Assembly (NCBI GenBank): GCA_040753215.1 | Contig: JBFMEZ010000023.1 | Span: forward strand, 1 to 31,097 | Length of the DNA stretch: 31,097 nucleotides | Source: Candidatus Micrarchaeota archaeon | GTDB taxonomy: Archaea; Micrarchaeota; Micrarchaeia; Anstonellales; Bilamarchaeaceae | Reading direction: 5' to 3' | Part shown: positions 1 to 8,010 of the stretch, one piece after another | Layout: every line of letters starts with the position of its first letter | Numbering within the stretch: position 1 is the first letter of the stretch | Position numbers and translations under genes: made by a program | Notes under the pieces: model-generated | Databases searched by the model: none | Told to the model about the DNA's origin: nothing | What the model saw: the letters and a program-made list of their open reading frames with translations, nothing else

Positions 1-125
1 CGCTTTTAGGGGATTCTGTAAAGAAATATGGCGATTTGGAGGCAAAAGTAGGCTGGTAATCCCAAAGTGGCGAATCCTATTTGTGCCAGAAATCAGCGTA
101 AGCTAGGCGAAAGTGGCGAAGTTAA

Positions 126-1103
126 GTTAATAAAAACAAAGACCGGTTCAGGTGGGAGTCACAGCCGTCCAGCATTCCAGTTGGAGATATTGATAAACAG
201 GAGGTGCGGAAGTTTGTTCGCAGGGCAAATGAGGCTGGAAGGATAGATTTCAAGTTCGGCGGGGTGAAACCTACACTCAACAAGCTCGGCCTTATGCAGG
301 ATGGAAAGGTTCTGCGAGCTGCAGACGCCCTCTTCTCACGCAGGAACCCCATAAAAGTTCAGGCGGCGGTTTTTGCCGGGAAGGACAGGCTTACCTTTCT
401 GGACATACGCCAGTTTGAAGGCAACCTGTTCAATCTTCTCGAAAGGGCAGAAGATTACATAAAAGAGAGGATGAACTGGAGGGTCGAATTCGGGAGATTA
501 GAGCGTGAGGAAATCCCCGAGGTTCCGCTTAAGGCAATCAGGGAAGCGATTGTAAATTCGCTCTGCCACCGCGATTATTCCGCTCCGGAAGCAAACCAGG
601 TCGCATTTTACAAAGACCGGATAGAAATATACAGCCCCGGAGCCTTTCCGGAAGGTTTTGCTCCTTCTGATTTCATACGTGGCCATTGCAAATCCATTCT
701 CAGGAACCCGCTGATTGCCGATGCCCTTTTCCGCACAAGAGACATAGAGAAATGGGGCTCCGGGCTGAAGAGGATTTTTGATGAGTGCAGGGCTAATGGA
801 GTCAGGATTGATTTCCAAAAGCTAAAGACCGGTTTCCAGGTGGTATTTTACCGCAGGGACATCAACACAGAACCTTTTGAGGAAGATGCCCAGAAAGGTA
901 CCCAGAAAAGTGCCCAGAAGATTATTGAAATAATAAAGAAGAACAACAACATCACGCGCGATGGGATCGCCGGTCTCTTGGGCATAAGCGGCAGCGCTGT
1001 CAAGAAGCACCTCAGGAACCTCAAGAAAAAAGGGCTGCTGCAGCGCATCGGCCCTGACAAGGGCGGCTACTGGAGGATAACCAAGAGAAGGGGCAGCAAA
1101 TGA
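126..1103 (+). pseudogene. N-terminally truncated AlbA_2/Schlafen-RecG-C (HATPase_c_4)-winged-HTH putative transcriptional regulator/ATP-binding protein
   Basis: Motifs AIREAIVNSLCHRDY, DRIEIYSPG, RNPLIADAL, IEKWGSG, a TQK-type linker and a C-terminal HTH ending in RIGPDKGGYW. The frame stays open upstream of GTG 204 (..FRWESQPSSIPVGDIDKQEV) back to TAA at 123-125, with no ATG and no N-terminal AlbA_2 domain. It could still be expressed from GTG 204. Confidence 0.6.
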
Positions 1104-1147
1104 GAAGCCGAGTGCTTTTGCATGCGCCAGAAGCGAGGTTGCTTTTC

Positions 1148-1198
1148 CAACCATATGGTTGATTTGCCGACCAGAAAGTTAACTAATTAGTTAACTTT
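1148..1198. other. Two perfect palindromes between convergent genes (possible terminator or protein-binding site)
   Basis: CAACCATATGGTTG (1148-1161) and AAAGTTAACTAATTAGTTAACTTT (1175-1198) are each their own reverse complement. Confidence 0.6.
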
Positions 1199-1211
1199 GT
1201 ACCTATGCAGA

Positions 1212-2195
1212 TCAGATCTTTGCCTTCAGCAGATTCCTATACCCCGGCGTCCACTCATCCGTCTTCATAAGCACGGACTCCACGTTCCTTATTACGTGCG
1301 GAAACTCCATCTTCACCTTGTTTATTATCTCGTAATACTCATGATAATTACTCACCACCAGCTCAGGCTCAATGTTCCACGCATTCCGTATGAAATACTG
1401 TATATTCGGAATAAATGACATATAAGTGAGCAGCTTTTTCTCATCATTTTTCGTATATTTCTCTATATGGAATATAGCTTTGTACATCTCCAGCCCCAAC
1501 TTGTTCAAATCCACCCCAATCCTATACTGTATGATTATCCCCAGCTTCTCCATCCTCCTCAGCCTGTTCGAAACCCTCGTAGAAGTAGATTTCACCTTCA
1601 CAGCCAGCTCCGTGAGCGGAATCCTCGCATTATTTACCATCTCCGCAAGAATCGCATGGTCCAAAGAATCCATCTCATTATGCACAATCTCCCCTGCAAA
1701 AATCACCGGCTCAGCCACCTCATTCGTAAAATACATCTTCGGATACTGCTTCACATCTATGAGAAGGTCCCAATAACTACTCACTATTATGTCCCCGAAC
1801 TCCGAAATCAATTCATTCTTCAGCCCATAGAACTCATAATCGGATTTTGCAAAAACCTCAAAGATGAGGTCCCACACCCCATCGCACTCGCCCATCCAGT
1901 ACACAATCCCGGAGGTACGCAGGTAGGTGAGCAGCCTCTTCCTCTCCTCCGGCACATTCCTCAGCTGAAGGTAGAACTTGTACAGCTTGTAGCCCATCTT
2001 GTGCGGGTTTATCGCCACATTGAAGCCGGTTATAATTCCATCCCCAACCAGTCGCCTTATCCTGTATTCCACGCTCTGCCTTGACTTCCTTGCAAGCTTC
2101 GCCAGCCTGCTCGTCGGAACCCTGCAATTCCTGTCCAATTCCGCCAGGATTATCCTGTCTGCCTTATCCAACTTTATTTTCGTAATCTCTACCAT
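1212..2195 (-). CDS. Lrp/AsnC-family transcriptional regulator with two tandem HTH+RAM units
   Basis: Two Lrp HTHs (LDKADRIILAELDRNCR...VEYRIRRL and MDSLDHAILAEMVNNARIP...RLRRMEKLGII), each followed by an effector-domain-like segment. ATG 2195 is preferred to 2246 because an AT-rich TATA-like box lies about 25-35 nt upstream of it. Confidence 0.88.
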   Translation of the reverse strand: MVEITKIKLDKADRIILAELDRNCRVPTSRLAKLARKSRQSVEYRIRRLVGDGIITGFNVAINPHKMGYKLYKFYLQLRNVPEERKRLLTYLRTSGIVYWMGECDGVWDLIFEVFAKSDYEFYGLKNELISEFGDIIVSSYWDLLIDVKQYPKMYFTNEVAEPVIFAGEIVHNEMDSLDHAILAEMVNNARIPLTELAVKVKSTSTRVSNRLRRMEKLGIIIQYRIGVDLNKLGLEMYKAIFHIEKYTKNDEKKLLTYMSFIPNIQYFIRNAWNIEPELVVSNYHEYYEIINKVKMEFPHVIRNVESVLMKTDEWTPGYRNLLKAKI

Positions 2196-2305
2196 ATATT
2201 TTGCATATTGAACGAAAATTAATATAAATATGCTCCTTTTGTCCATTTTCTCAACTAAATTTTATTATACAAGAAAAACCACACTATCTCACAGAGGTGA
2301 TTGTA
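2196..2305. promoter_or_regulatory. Divergent promoter region between the Lrp regulator and the transaldolase operon
   Basis: AT-rich, with TATA-like boxes near 2219-2230 (minus strand TATTTATATTAA) and 2260-2269 (TTTTATTATA). RBS GAGGTGA at 2294-2300 precedes ATG 2306. Confidence 0.6.
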
Positions 2306-4249
2306 ATGGATGAAAACGTGAGCAGGCAACTTGGGCATACTGGCCCTACCATTTTACATAAATCTAAACATAGAACAAAAGCCGCCAGCAAACCTCTAGA
2401 AGAGAGAACTCTTCGCCCCAGAGTACTTACGCTGTCCCAAATAAAAGGTCTCATCGAACAGGAAGAGCGCTCATCTGCAGATATATTATACCTAACCGCA
2501 AACGAACCCCAGCTTTCTCCAGAAGCGCGGCGTGTTTTATCCAGCCCGCTTGGCAGCAGATACCTGCTTGAGCATATAAGCATGAGGGGTGATTCGCCTT
2601 CTCGGCTAAATGGCTTTATGTTCCGAGGGCTCGATGGTGTCAATGCAATAGAGAAATCCGCTATAGAAGTATGCAGACAACTCTTTGGTGCAGACTATGT
2701 TGAGTTCAGATGCTTATCAGGCCTGCATGCGATGCAGGTCACACTTGTCTCGCTGACAAAACCTGGAGACAAAATAATGAGGGTTGCCACTAAAGATGGC
2801 GGGCATTTCGCAACCCAGAACATCGTTAGACTATTTGGGAGACAGGACTGCTGCTATGTATTTGACAGGAGCCGGTTCCAACTGGATCTCGAACAGACCC
2901 GGCGGGTCTTTGATGAGGAGAAACCAGTAGTATTATACATAGATGCAATGAATTACCTTTTTCCGTTTCCGCTTGCGGAACTGAGGAGAATAGCAGGTGA
3001 TGTGCCGATAGTGTATGACGCATCCCATACTCTTGGATTGATAGCCGGGGGCCAATTCCAAAATCCTCTCGCAGAAGGAGCTGACATCCTGCAGGGCAAC
3101 ACCCACAAGACATTTCCTGGCCCGCAGAAAGGCATAATCCTGGGCAACAACAGGGCACTAATGGAAAAAATCAGTTACAACCTTTCACAGGGGCTCGTTT
3201 CAAGCCAGCACACAGCTTCCACTCTTGCTCTGTTCATAGCGCTGCATGAGATGTTTCTCTATGGCAAGGAATATGCAGAGAAGACTGTGGAAAATGCGAA
3301 GTATCTCGCAGAGCAGCTGCACAGGAGAGGATTCAGGATAGTCGCAGCAGACCATGGTTTCACCAGAAACCACCAGTTCTTTATCGATGTCACAGAGCTC
3401 GGGCCAGGCCCCTCTCTTCTCCAAAAACTGCTTCAGGCCAACATAGCCGTAAACAGGACTATTCCATTTGAACATGTGGATGCCCTGAGAATCGGCGTCC
3501 AGGAAATCACAAGGCTTGGGTATGGCAGGCCTGACCTTGACAGGATTGCAGGCTGGTTCGAAGAGATTCTCCTGAGGGGACGGGACCTGGCAAGCGTCAA
3601 GGAAGAAGTATCCAATTTCGTTAGGTCAAAAACAAAGGTCCTATTCTGCGAGGACAAAGCTCCAGATGAACAGCCGATAGAAGTAAGTCATGATACACCG
3701 AGTGATAAACCCAGATGGATTAGTATTAGTCTGGAAAGGGGCGACTCCAATCCAGATCTGGAAACATTGGAATCCATCCGGACCCTCGGGGCTGCTGCAA
3801 GCACCTTCAAACAGCAGACAGATAGCGCAGGGAATGTGAGCACAAGGATCTCCGGAAGGGTCTTCATAACCGCCACCGGATGCTACATCAAGAAAATTGA
3901 AGAAAAAGATCTTGTTGAAATCACAGGTCATGATGGCTCTGCCATCAGATGCAAGGGCCACGCACAGCCATCCTCCGAAGCGTATATGCACAATCTCATT
4001 TACCTGAATACGAAGTCAAATTTTGTTGTGCATACCCACTACATGCCATCAGATGAGGAAATCAGAAGGCTGGGCATCGAAGTTGTTCCGCCAGAAGAAT
4101 ACGCGTCAGTAGCGCTGGCAGAATCGGTCGCAGATGCCTGCATGGATAGCAATATCGTATATGTCCAAGGGCATGGCCTGATCCTGCACGGAAACTCTTT
4201 AGAAGATTGCATCGAGCTGCTTGGGAGATTCACAGGTGATGAAAGATGA
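2306..4249 (+). CDS. Fluorothreonine transaldolase-like protein (PLP-dependent SHMT-fold L-threonine transaldolase fused to a class II aldolase/epimerase domain)
   Basis: N-domain: LTANE, SRYLLEH, EFRCLSGLHAM, KDGGH, DASHTLGLIAGG, PLP-Lys motif NTHKTFPGPQKG, VSSQH, RIGVQEITR. C-domain: SAGNVS, PSSEAYMH, VVHTH, GHG metal ligands. Architecture and motifs match my recollection of Streptomyces FTase. Confidence 0.85.
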   Translation: MDENVSRQLGHTGPTILHKSKHRTKAASKPLEERTLRPRVLTLSQIKGLIEQEERSSADILYLTANEPQLSPEARRVLSSPLGSRYLLEHISMRGDSPSRLNGFMFRGLDGVNAIEKSAIEVCRQLFGADYVEFRCLSGLHAMQVTLVSLTKPGDKIMRVATKDGGHFATQNIVRLFGRQDCCYVFDRSRFQLDLEQTRRVFDEEKPVVLYIDAMNYLFPFPLAELRRIAGDVPIVYDASHTLGLIAGGQFQNPLAEGADILQGNTHKTFPGPQKGIILGNNRALMEKISYNLSQGLVSSQHTASTLALFIALHEMFLYGKEYAEKTVENAKYLAEQLHRRGFRIVAADHGFTRNHQFFIDVTELGPGPSLLQKLLQANIAVNRTIPFEHVDALRIGVQEITRLGYGRPDLDRIAGWFEEILLRGRDLASVKEEVSNFVRSKTKVLFCEDKAPDEQPIEVSHDTPSDKPRWISISLERGDSNPDLETLESIRTLGAAASTFKQQTDSAGNVSTRISGRVFITATGCYIKKIEEKDLVEITGHDGSAIRCKGHAQPSSEAYMHNLIYLNTKSNFVVHTHYMPSDEEIRRLGIEVVPPEEYASVALAESVADACMDSNIVYVQGHGLILHGNSLEDCIELLGRFTGDER

Positions 4250-5301
4250 GGACAATCAGAAGCGCGGATGAGTTCATCGCACGGTTTCCCAGGTCGCCAG
4301 CATTGGAAGAAAAAGTTAGGAGAAAAAACATAAGGGTCACTGACTTCTACATAGAGAATATACTCAGAAGAAATCCGGACCACCCGCTTATAGAAACCAT
4401 CGTGGGGACAAGCGCCGAAGGCCAGAAGCATGTTTCCAGGCCCGAGGCAAAAGTTGTCAAATCGCCTTTCCTTGTGCAGAAATACAGCTCAAATGCAATC
4501 ATAATAACCACAACCGCCTGCCCACAGAAGTGCTCCTACTGCTTCAGGAAAAGCGGTAAAGATACAACAATCCCACAGGAAGAGCTGGAGCGAATATTCA
4601 GCAATATCGCAAGGGCAGATTCGCTCGTAGAAGTCATCCTTTCGGGCGGAGACCCCCTTTTCGTAAGCCCGCGGCTTTTGGGTTTCATCGCTGAAAAAAC
4701 GGCGAATGCAAATAGGAACAGGAACCTCCCCATCATGCTGACCATCCACACCAGATTGCCTGTTGTAGCGCCACTTCTATTCACGGAGGATGTTTTATCT
4801 GCACTAAGGAAGCTTGCCCCGGCAAATATGGATTTCCATATAATCCATCCGGATGAGATTACGGAAGAATTTGTCTCAATATGCAGGACCCTATGCAGGG
4901 ATTTCCCAGGCATCTCGCTTAGAACTATACATCCCCTTCTTGCAGGCATCAACGACAGGGTCGAAACCCTCAAGGCGCTTTATCTGCACCTTTTTGCAGA
5001 AGCAAGGGTCGTCCCGCGCGACCTGATACTTTCCATGCCAGGCCATACCCCGCCTTCACTCATGGTCGCCCTTGAGGATGGGATGAGGATAATGCGCGAG
5101 CTATCCGCTGCAATCCCGGGTCATTATCTTCCCCGCCTTGTGGTCTGTTCTCCTGCGTATGGGAAGAGTTACGTAGATCCATTCCACCAAAAGAAGGATG
5201 GGTCATTTGGCTACGATGTGGATGCAGATGGTTTCTTTGAAGGCATGTTTATAAAAGATGGAAGCGGCCTCCAGCATTCCTCATCCTGTCTGCGCCATTA
5301 A
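4246..5301 (+). CDS. KamA-family radical SAM protein (lysine 2,3-aminomutase-like, divergent)
   Basis: CPQKCSYCFR (CxxxCxxC), VILSGGDPL, IHTRLP, HPDE, LLAGIND and a C-terminal PRLVVCSPAYGK (probable PLP Lys). ATGA overlap with the upstream gene and a GGTGA RBS. Confidence 0.8.
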   Translation: MRTIRSADEFIARFPRSPALEEKVRRKNIRVTDFYIENILRRNPDHPLIETIVGTSAEGQKHVSRPEAKVVKSPFLVQKYSSNAIIITTTACPQKCSYCFRKSGKDTTIPQEELERIFSNIARADSLVEVILSGGDPLFVSPRLLGFIAEKTANANRNRNLPIMLTIHTRLPVVAPLLFTEDVLSALRKLAPANMDFHIIHPDEITEEFVSICRTLCRDFPGISLRTIHPLLAGINDRVETLKALYLHLFAEARVVPRDLILSMPGHTPPSLMVALEDGMRIMRELSAAIPGHYLPRLVVCSPAYGKSYVDPFHQKKDGSFGYDVDADGFFEGMFIKDGSGLQHSSSCLRH

Positions 5302-5319
5302 TATAGAAGGGGTGATCAA

Positions 5320-6360
5320 ATGCAAACAGCTTCAAAAAGAGGTTTCGGTTCGGACAACAATGCACGGGTGCATCCGGATATCATTCGTGCCATGGTTAGA
5401 GTAAATAAAGGACATACCATCAACTATGGCGATGATCCCCACACAAGGTCGGCTCTAGCAAGGTTCAGGAAGCATTTCGGGAAGAACTCCACTGCATTCC
5501 TAGTTTTCAATGGTACAGCGGCGAATGTTCTTGGCCTAAGTGCCGTACTTAGACCGTACAATGCAGTCTTATGCGCTGACTTGGCCCATCTGAGCGTAGA
5601 TGAATGCGGTGCTCCAGAAAGATTCACAGGCTGCAAACTCATCCCGATCCATGCGCCTCATGGAAAGCTTACACCAGAATTGGTGCGCCAGCGGATCCAT
5701 GGCGCCGGTGACCAGCATCACGTGCAGCCCAAAGTCGTGTCAATAGCGCAGTCAACCGAACTCGGCACTGTTTACACAGCAGCAGAGCTAAGGCAGCTTG
5801 CCGAATTTGCGCATGAAAATGGTCTGCTCCTGCATGTTGACGGAGCCAGACTGGCGAACGCCGCTGCAAGCCTTCGTCTCGGGCTGAGGGAGATAACCGC
5901 GGATGTTGGAGTCGATGTCCTTTCTTTTGACGGGACAAAGAATGGCGTGATGTACGGAGCAGCAGTTGTGTTCTTTAATAACGGCCTTGCCAATGACTTT
6001 GAATACGTCAGAAAACAGGGAATGCAACTGGCGTCGAAAATGCAGTTCATAGCGGCACAATACGAAGCTCTCCTTTCAAATGACCTGTGGCTGAGAAACG
6101 CGCAGCATGCCAATGATATGGCCAGGATCCTGGCCCGTGAAATCCAGCAAATCGATGGAATAAGGATAACTCATCCGGTTGAAGCAAACGCTGTTTTCGT
6201 CAAAGCTCCAAAAGACTTGATAAGAAAGATTCGTAAAAGATATTTCTTTTACACTTGGGGCGACGGCGAGGCGAGGTTGATGACGAGCTTTGATACCACC
6301 GTTTCAGATATAAAGAGGTTCATTTCATACGTCAAATCAGTTTTGGTTCGCTATAGTTGA
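5320..6360 (+). CDS. ltaE: Low-specificity L-threonine aldolase (PLP-dependent)
   Basis: FGSDN, YGDD, NGTAAN, AHLSVDECGAPE, TELGTVY, LHVDGARLANA, TKNG (PLP Lys), RLMTSF. GGTGA RBS. Confidence 0.9.
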   Translation: MQTASKRGFGSDNNARVHPDIIRAMVRVNKGHTINYGDDPHTRSALARFRKHFGKNSTAFLVFNGTAANVLGLSAVLRPYNAVLCADLAHLSVDECGAPERFTGCKLIPIHAPHGKLTPELVRQRIHGAGDQHHVQPKVVSIAQSTELGTVYTAAELRQLAEFAHENGLLLHVDGARLANAAASLRLGLREITADVGVDVLSFDGTKNGVMYGAAVVFFNNGLANDFEYVRKQGMQLASKMQFIAAQYEALLSNDLWLRNAQHANDMARILAREIQQIDGIRITHPVEANAVFVKAPKDLIRKIRKRYFFYTWGDGEARLMTSFDTTVSDIKRFISYVKSVLVRYS

Positions 6361-6431
6361 CCAAAAAACCAATGAAAATTTTTGGCATTGTTGGGGTAAA
6401 TTTTTAAGCGCTTGTCCGGAGATTATTAAAG

Positions 6432-6869
6432 ATGATATTTGTCTACAAAGAAGTGACCACCATTCCGGAATTCATAGATGCTATCAGGCTGCGTGTTGAT
6501 GTTTTTATTATAGAGCAGGGCTTCAGGGCAGGATGGGAGCCGGATGAGGGCGACAAGGAGTCAACCCATTTTATAGCACTCAGCGAGGGCAAAATAGTAG
6601 CGACTGCAAGATTAAGAGAGACATCAAAAGACGAGTATAAAATCGAGCGAATGGTTGTAGCAAAAGAATATAGAAAAAAGAGCATTGGCAAAGGCCTGAC
6701 TGATTACATTCTCCAATATACTTTTCGCCTTAAGCCAAAGAGACTATGGCTGAGAAGCCAGGTCCGGACAAAAGAATTCTTCAACAAATGCGGGTTTAAG
6801 GAGGTTTCAGGGCCATTTGACATGTATGGCACTCCACACATCGATATGGAATACGTCGGCCCTGAGTGA
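6432..6869 (+). CDS. GNAT-family N-acetyltransferase (ElaA/YjcF-like)
   Basis: RVDVFIIEQG, ATARL, KIERMVVAKEYRKKSIGK acetyl-CoA motif, FFNKCGF, PHIDM. TATA-like TTTTTAAG at about 6401. Confidence 0.88.
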   Translation: MIFVYKEVTTIPEFIDAIRLRVDVFIIEQGFRAGWEPDEGDKESTHFIALSEGKIVATARLRETSKDEYKIERMVVAKEYRKKSIGKGLTDYILQYTFRLKPKRLWLRSQVRTKEFFNKCGFKEVSGPFDMYGTPHIDMEYVGPE

Positions 6870-6938
6870 ACGTGATTACAAAAAGAAGCCAGGATGTGGA
6901 ATTGATATTCATTTGGGAAATTTCAGCCGCTATTGTAT

Positions 6939-8006
6939 TTAGCTTGTAATCTCATCCATCCTGTTCTGCTTCCTCGCTTCCTTGATTTCTATTGCTACGC
7001 GCCTCCCAAAGGATATGCCCTCCCCATATAGATAATACGAATATGGAGTGAACCTCGTCCCAGGGCTCCCCGGCATCCTGAAGGAAACATCGAACACTAC
7101 CAGGCTCTCCTTCCCATCCCTCTCCTCAATCGCGCACTGCAGCGCGAAAGGACCAATCAACCCCTTCTTGTAGTGCTTCTTCACTTCCGCCACGAATTTC
7201 TCCCCGGCTTCGAATACTTCTTCAAGCAAAGACTCGCGCAAAGTGCAAGCAATATGCCCAGCCTCAATCGTGGTAAGCCTCCTATACTTCAGCACCTCAT
7301 TCTGCTGGTAAGCTGGCAATCTGAGCAATCCATCCAGATTGGTCTGCCTCCTCGTATCTATTCCCAGCAATTCCAATTCCCCAGAGAGCGGAGAATAAAA
7401 GAAATTGAAGTTGAACTGCGCCCCCAGTATGAACTCTTCTATTCTTGCCTTCTTCAAATCCTCCTCCGCAACAATCCCCTTCTCAATAAGCTCCCTCCCC
7501 TTTCTCTCATACTCCTCAGAGGAGCCGGCAAAGAAGAACGCCCTTTCATAGTGCCTCTTCTTCTCCTGCACCTTCACCAGCGCAAGCGAATCTATATTTT
7601 TCGGAGTAAAGGTCCGCGCAATACTTATGCCCGCCTTCTCCAAAAGGAAATACTGGTTCTTCTGCGCATCCCTCTCCTCCGCCCTAAGCAAAAACTTGTT
7701 CCCAAACACCGGAATATGGAAATCCTTCTCTATCGCATCATACCCCACATACACAGAAAAGGAACGGTTCGGTACAAACACAGACCCCTCCAACCTCTTC
7801 TGGTTCTCCTGTCTCACAATCTCCGCAAACTTCCCGAGCACAAGCACCTCATCCACACATCCCTTAATCCCGTGCGTACGATAATGCTTCGCATAAACCT
7901 TCTCCCTTCCCTTCTGGCACACAACTAGTGTGTTCATCCCCTCATATTTTGCCCCTTCGCACACATCCAGAGCCGAGTGGCTCCCCAAAGTGGATATAAA
8001 TACCAT
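6939..8006 (-). CDS. purP: PurP-family ATP-grasp protein (FAICAR synthetase / PurP-like)
   Basis: STLGSHSALDVCEGAK, FVPNRSFSVYVG, RQTNLDG, GH...TLRESLLE, GPFALQ, DVSFR. The GGTGA RBS overlaps the cca stop codon. Confidence 0.85.
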   Translation of the reverse strand: MVFISTLGSHSALDVCEGAKYEGMNTLVVCQKGREKVYAKHYRTHGIKGCVDEVLVLGKFAEIVRQENQKRLEGSVFVPNRSFSVYVGYDAIEKDFHIPVFGNKFLLRAEERDAQKNQYFLLEKAGISIARTFTPKNIDSLALVKVQEKKRHYERAFFFAGSSEEYERKGRELIEKGIVAEEDLKKARIEEFILGAQFNFNFFYSPLSGELELLGIDTRRQTNLDGLLRLPAYQQNEVLKYRRLTTIEAGHIACTLRESLLEEVFEAGEKFVAEVKKHYKKGLIGPFALQCAIEERDGKESLVVFDVSFRMPGSPGTRFTPYSYYLYGEGISFGRRVAIEIKEARKQNRMDEITS

Positions 8007-8010
8007 TTTC

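Noticed and set aside
2306..4249. Annotation as ordinary serine hydroxymethyltransferase (glyA)
   Set aside because: It lacks the canonical YAEGYP..RYY and GGHL(T/S)HG motifs, has PQKG rather than PRGG after the PLP Lys, and has an extra class II aldolase domain.
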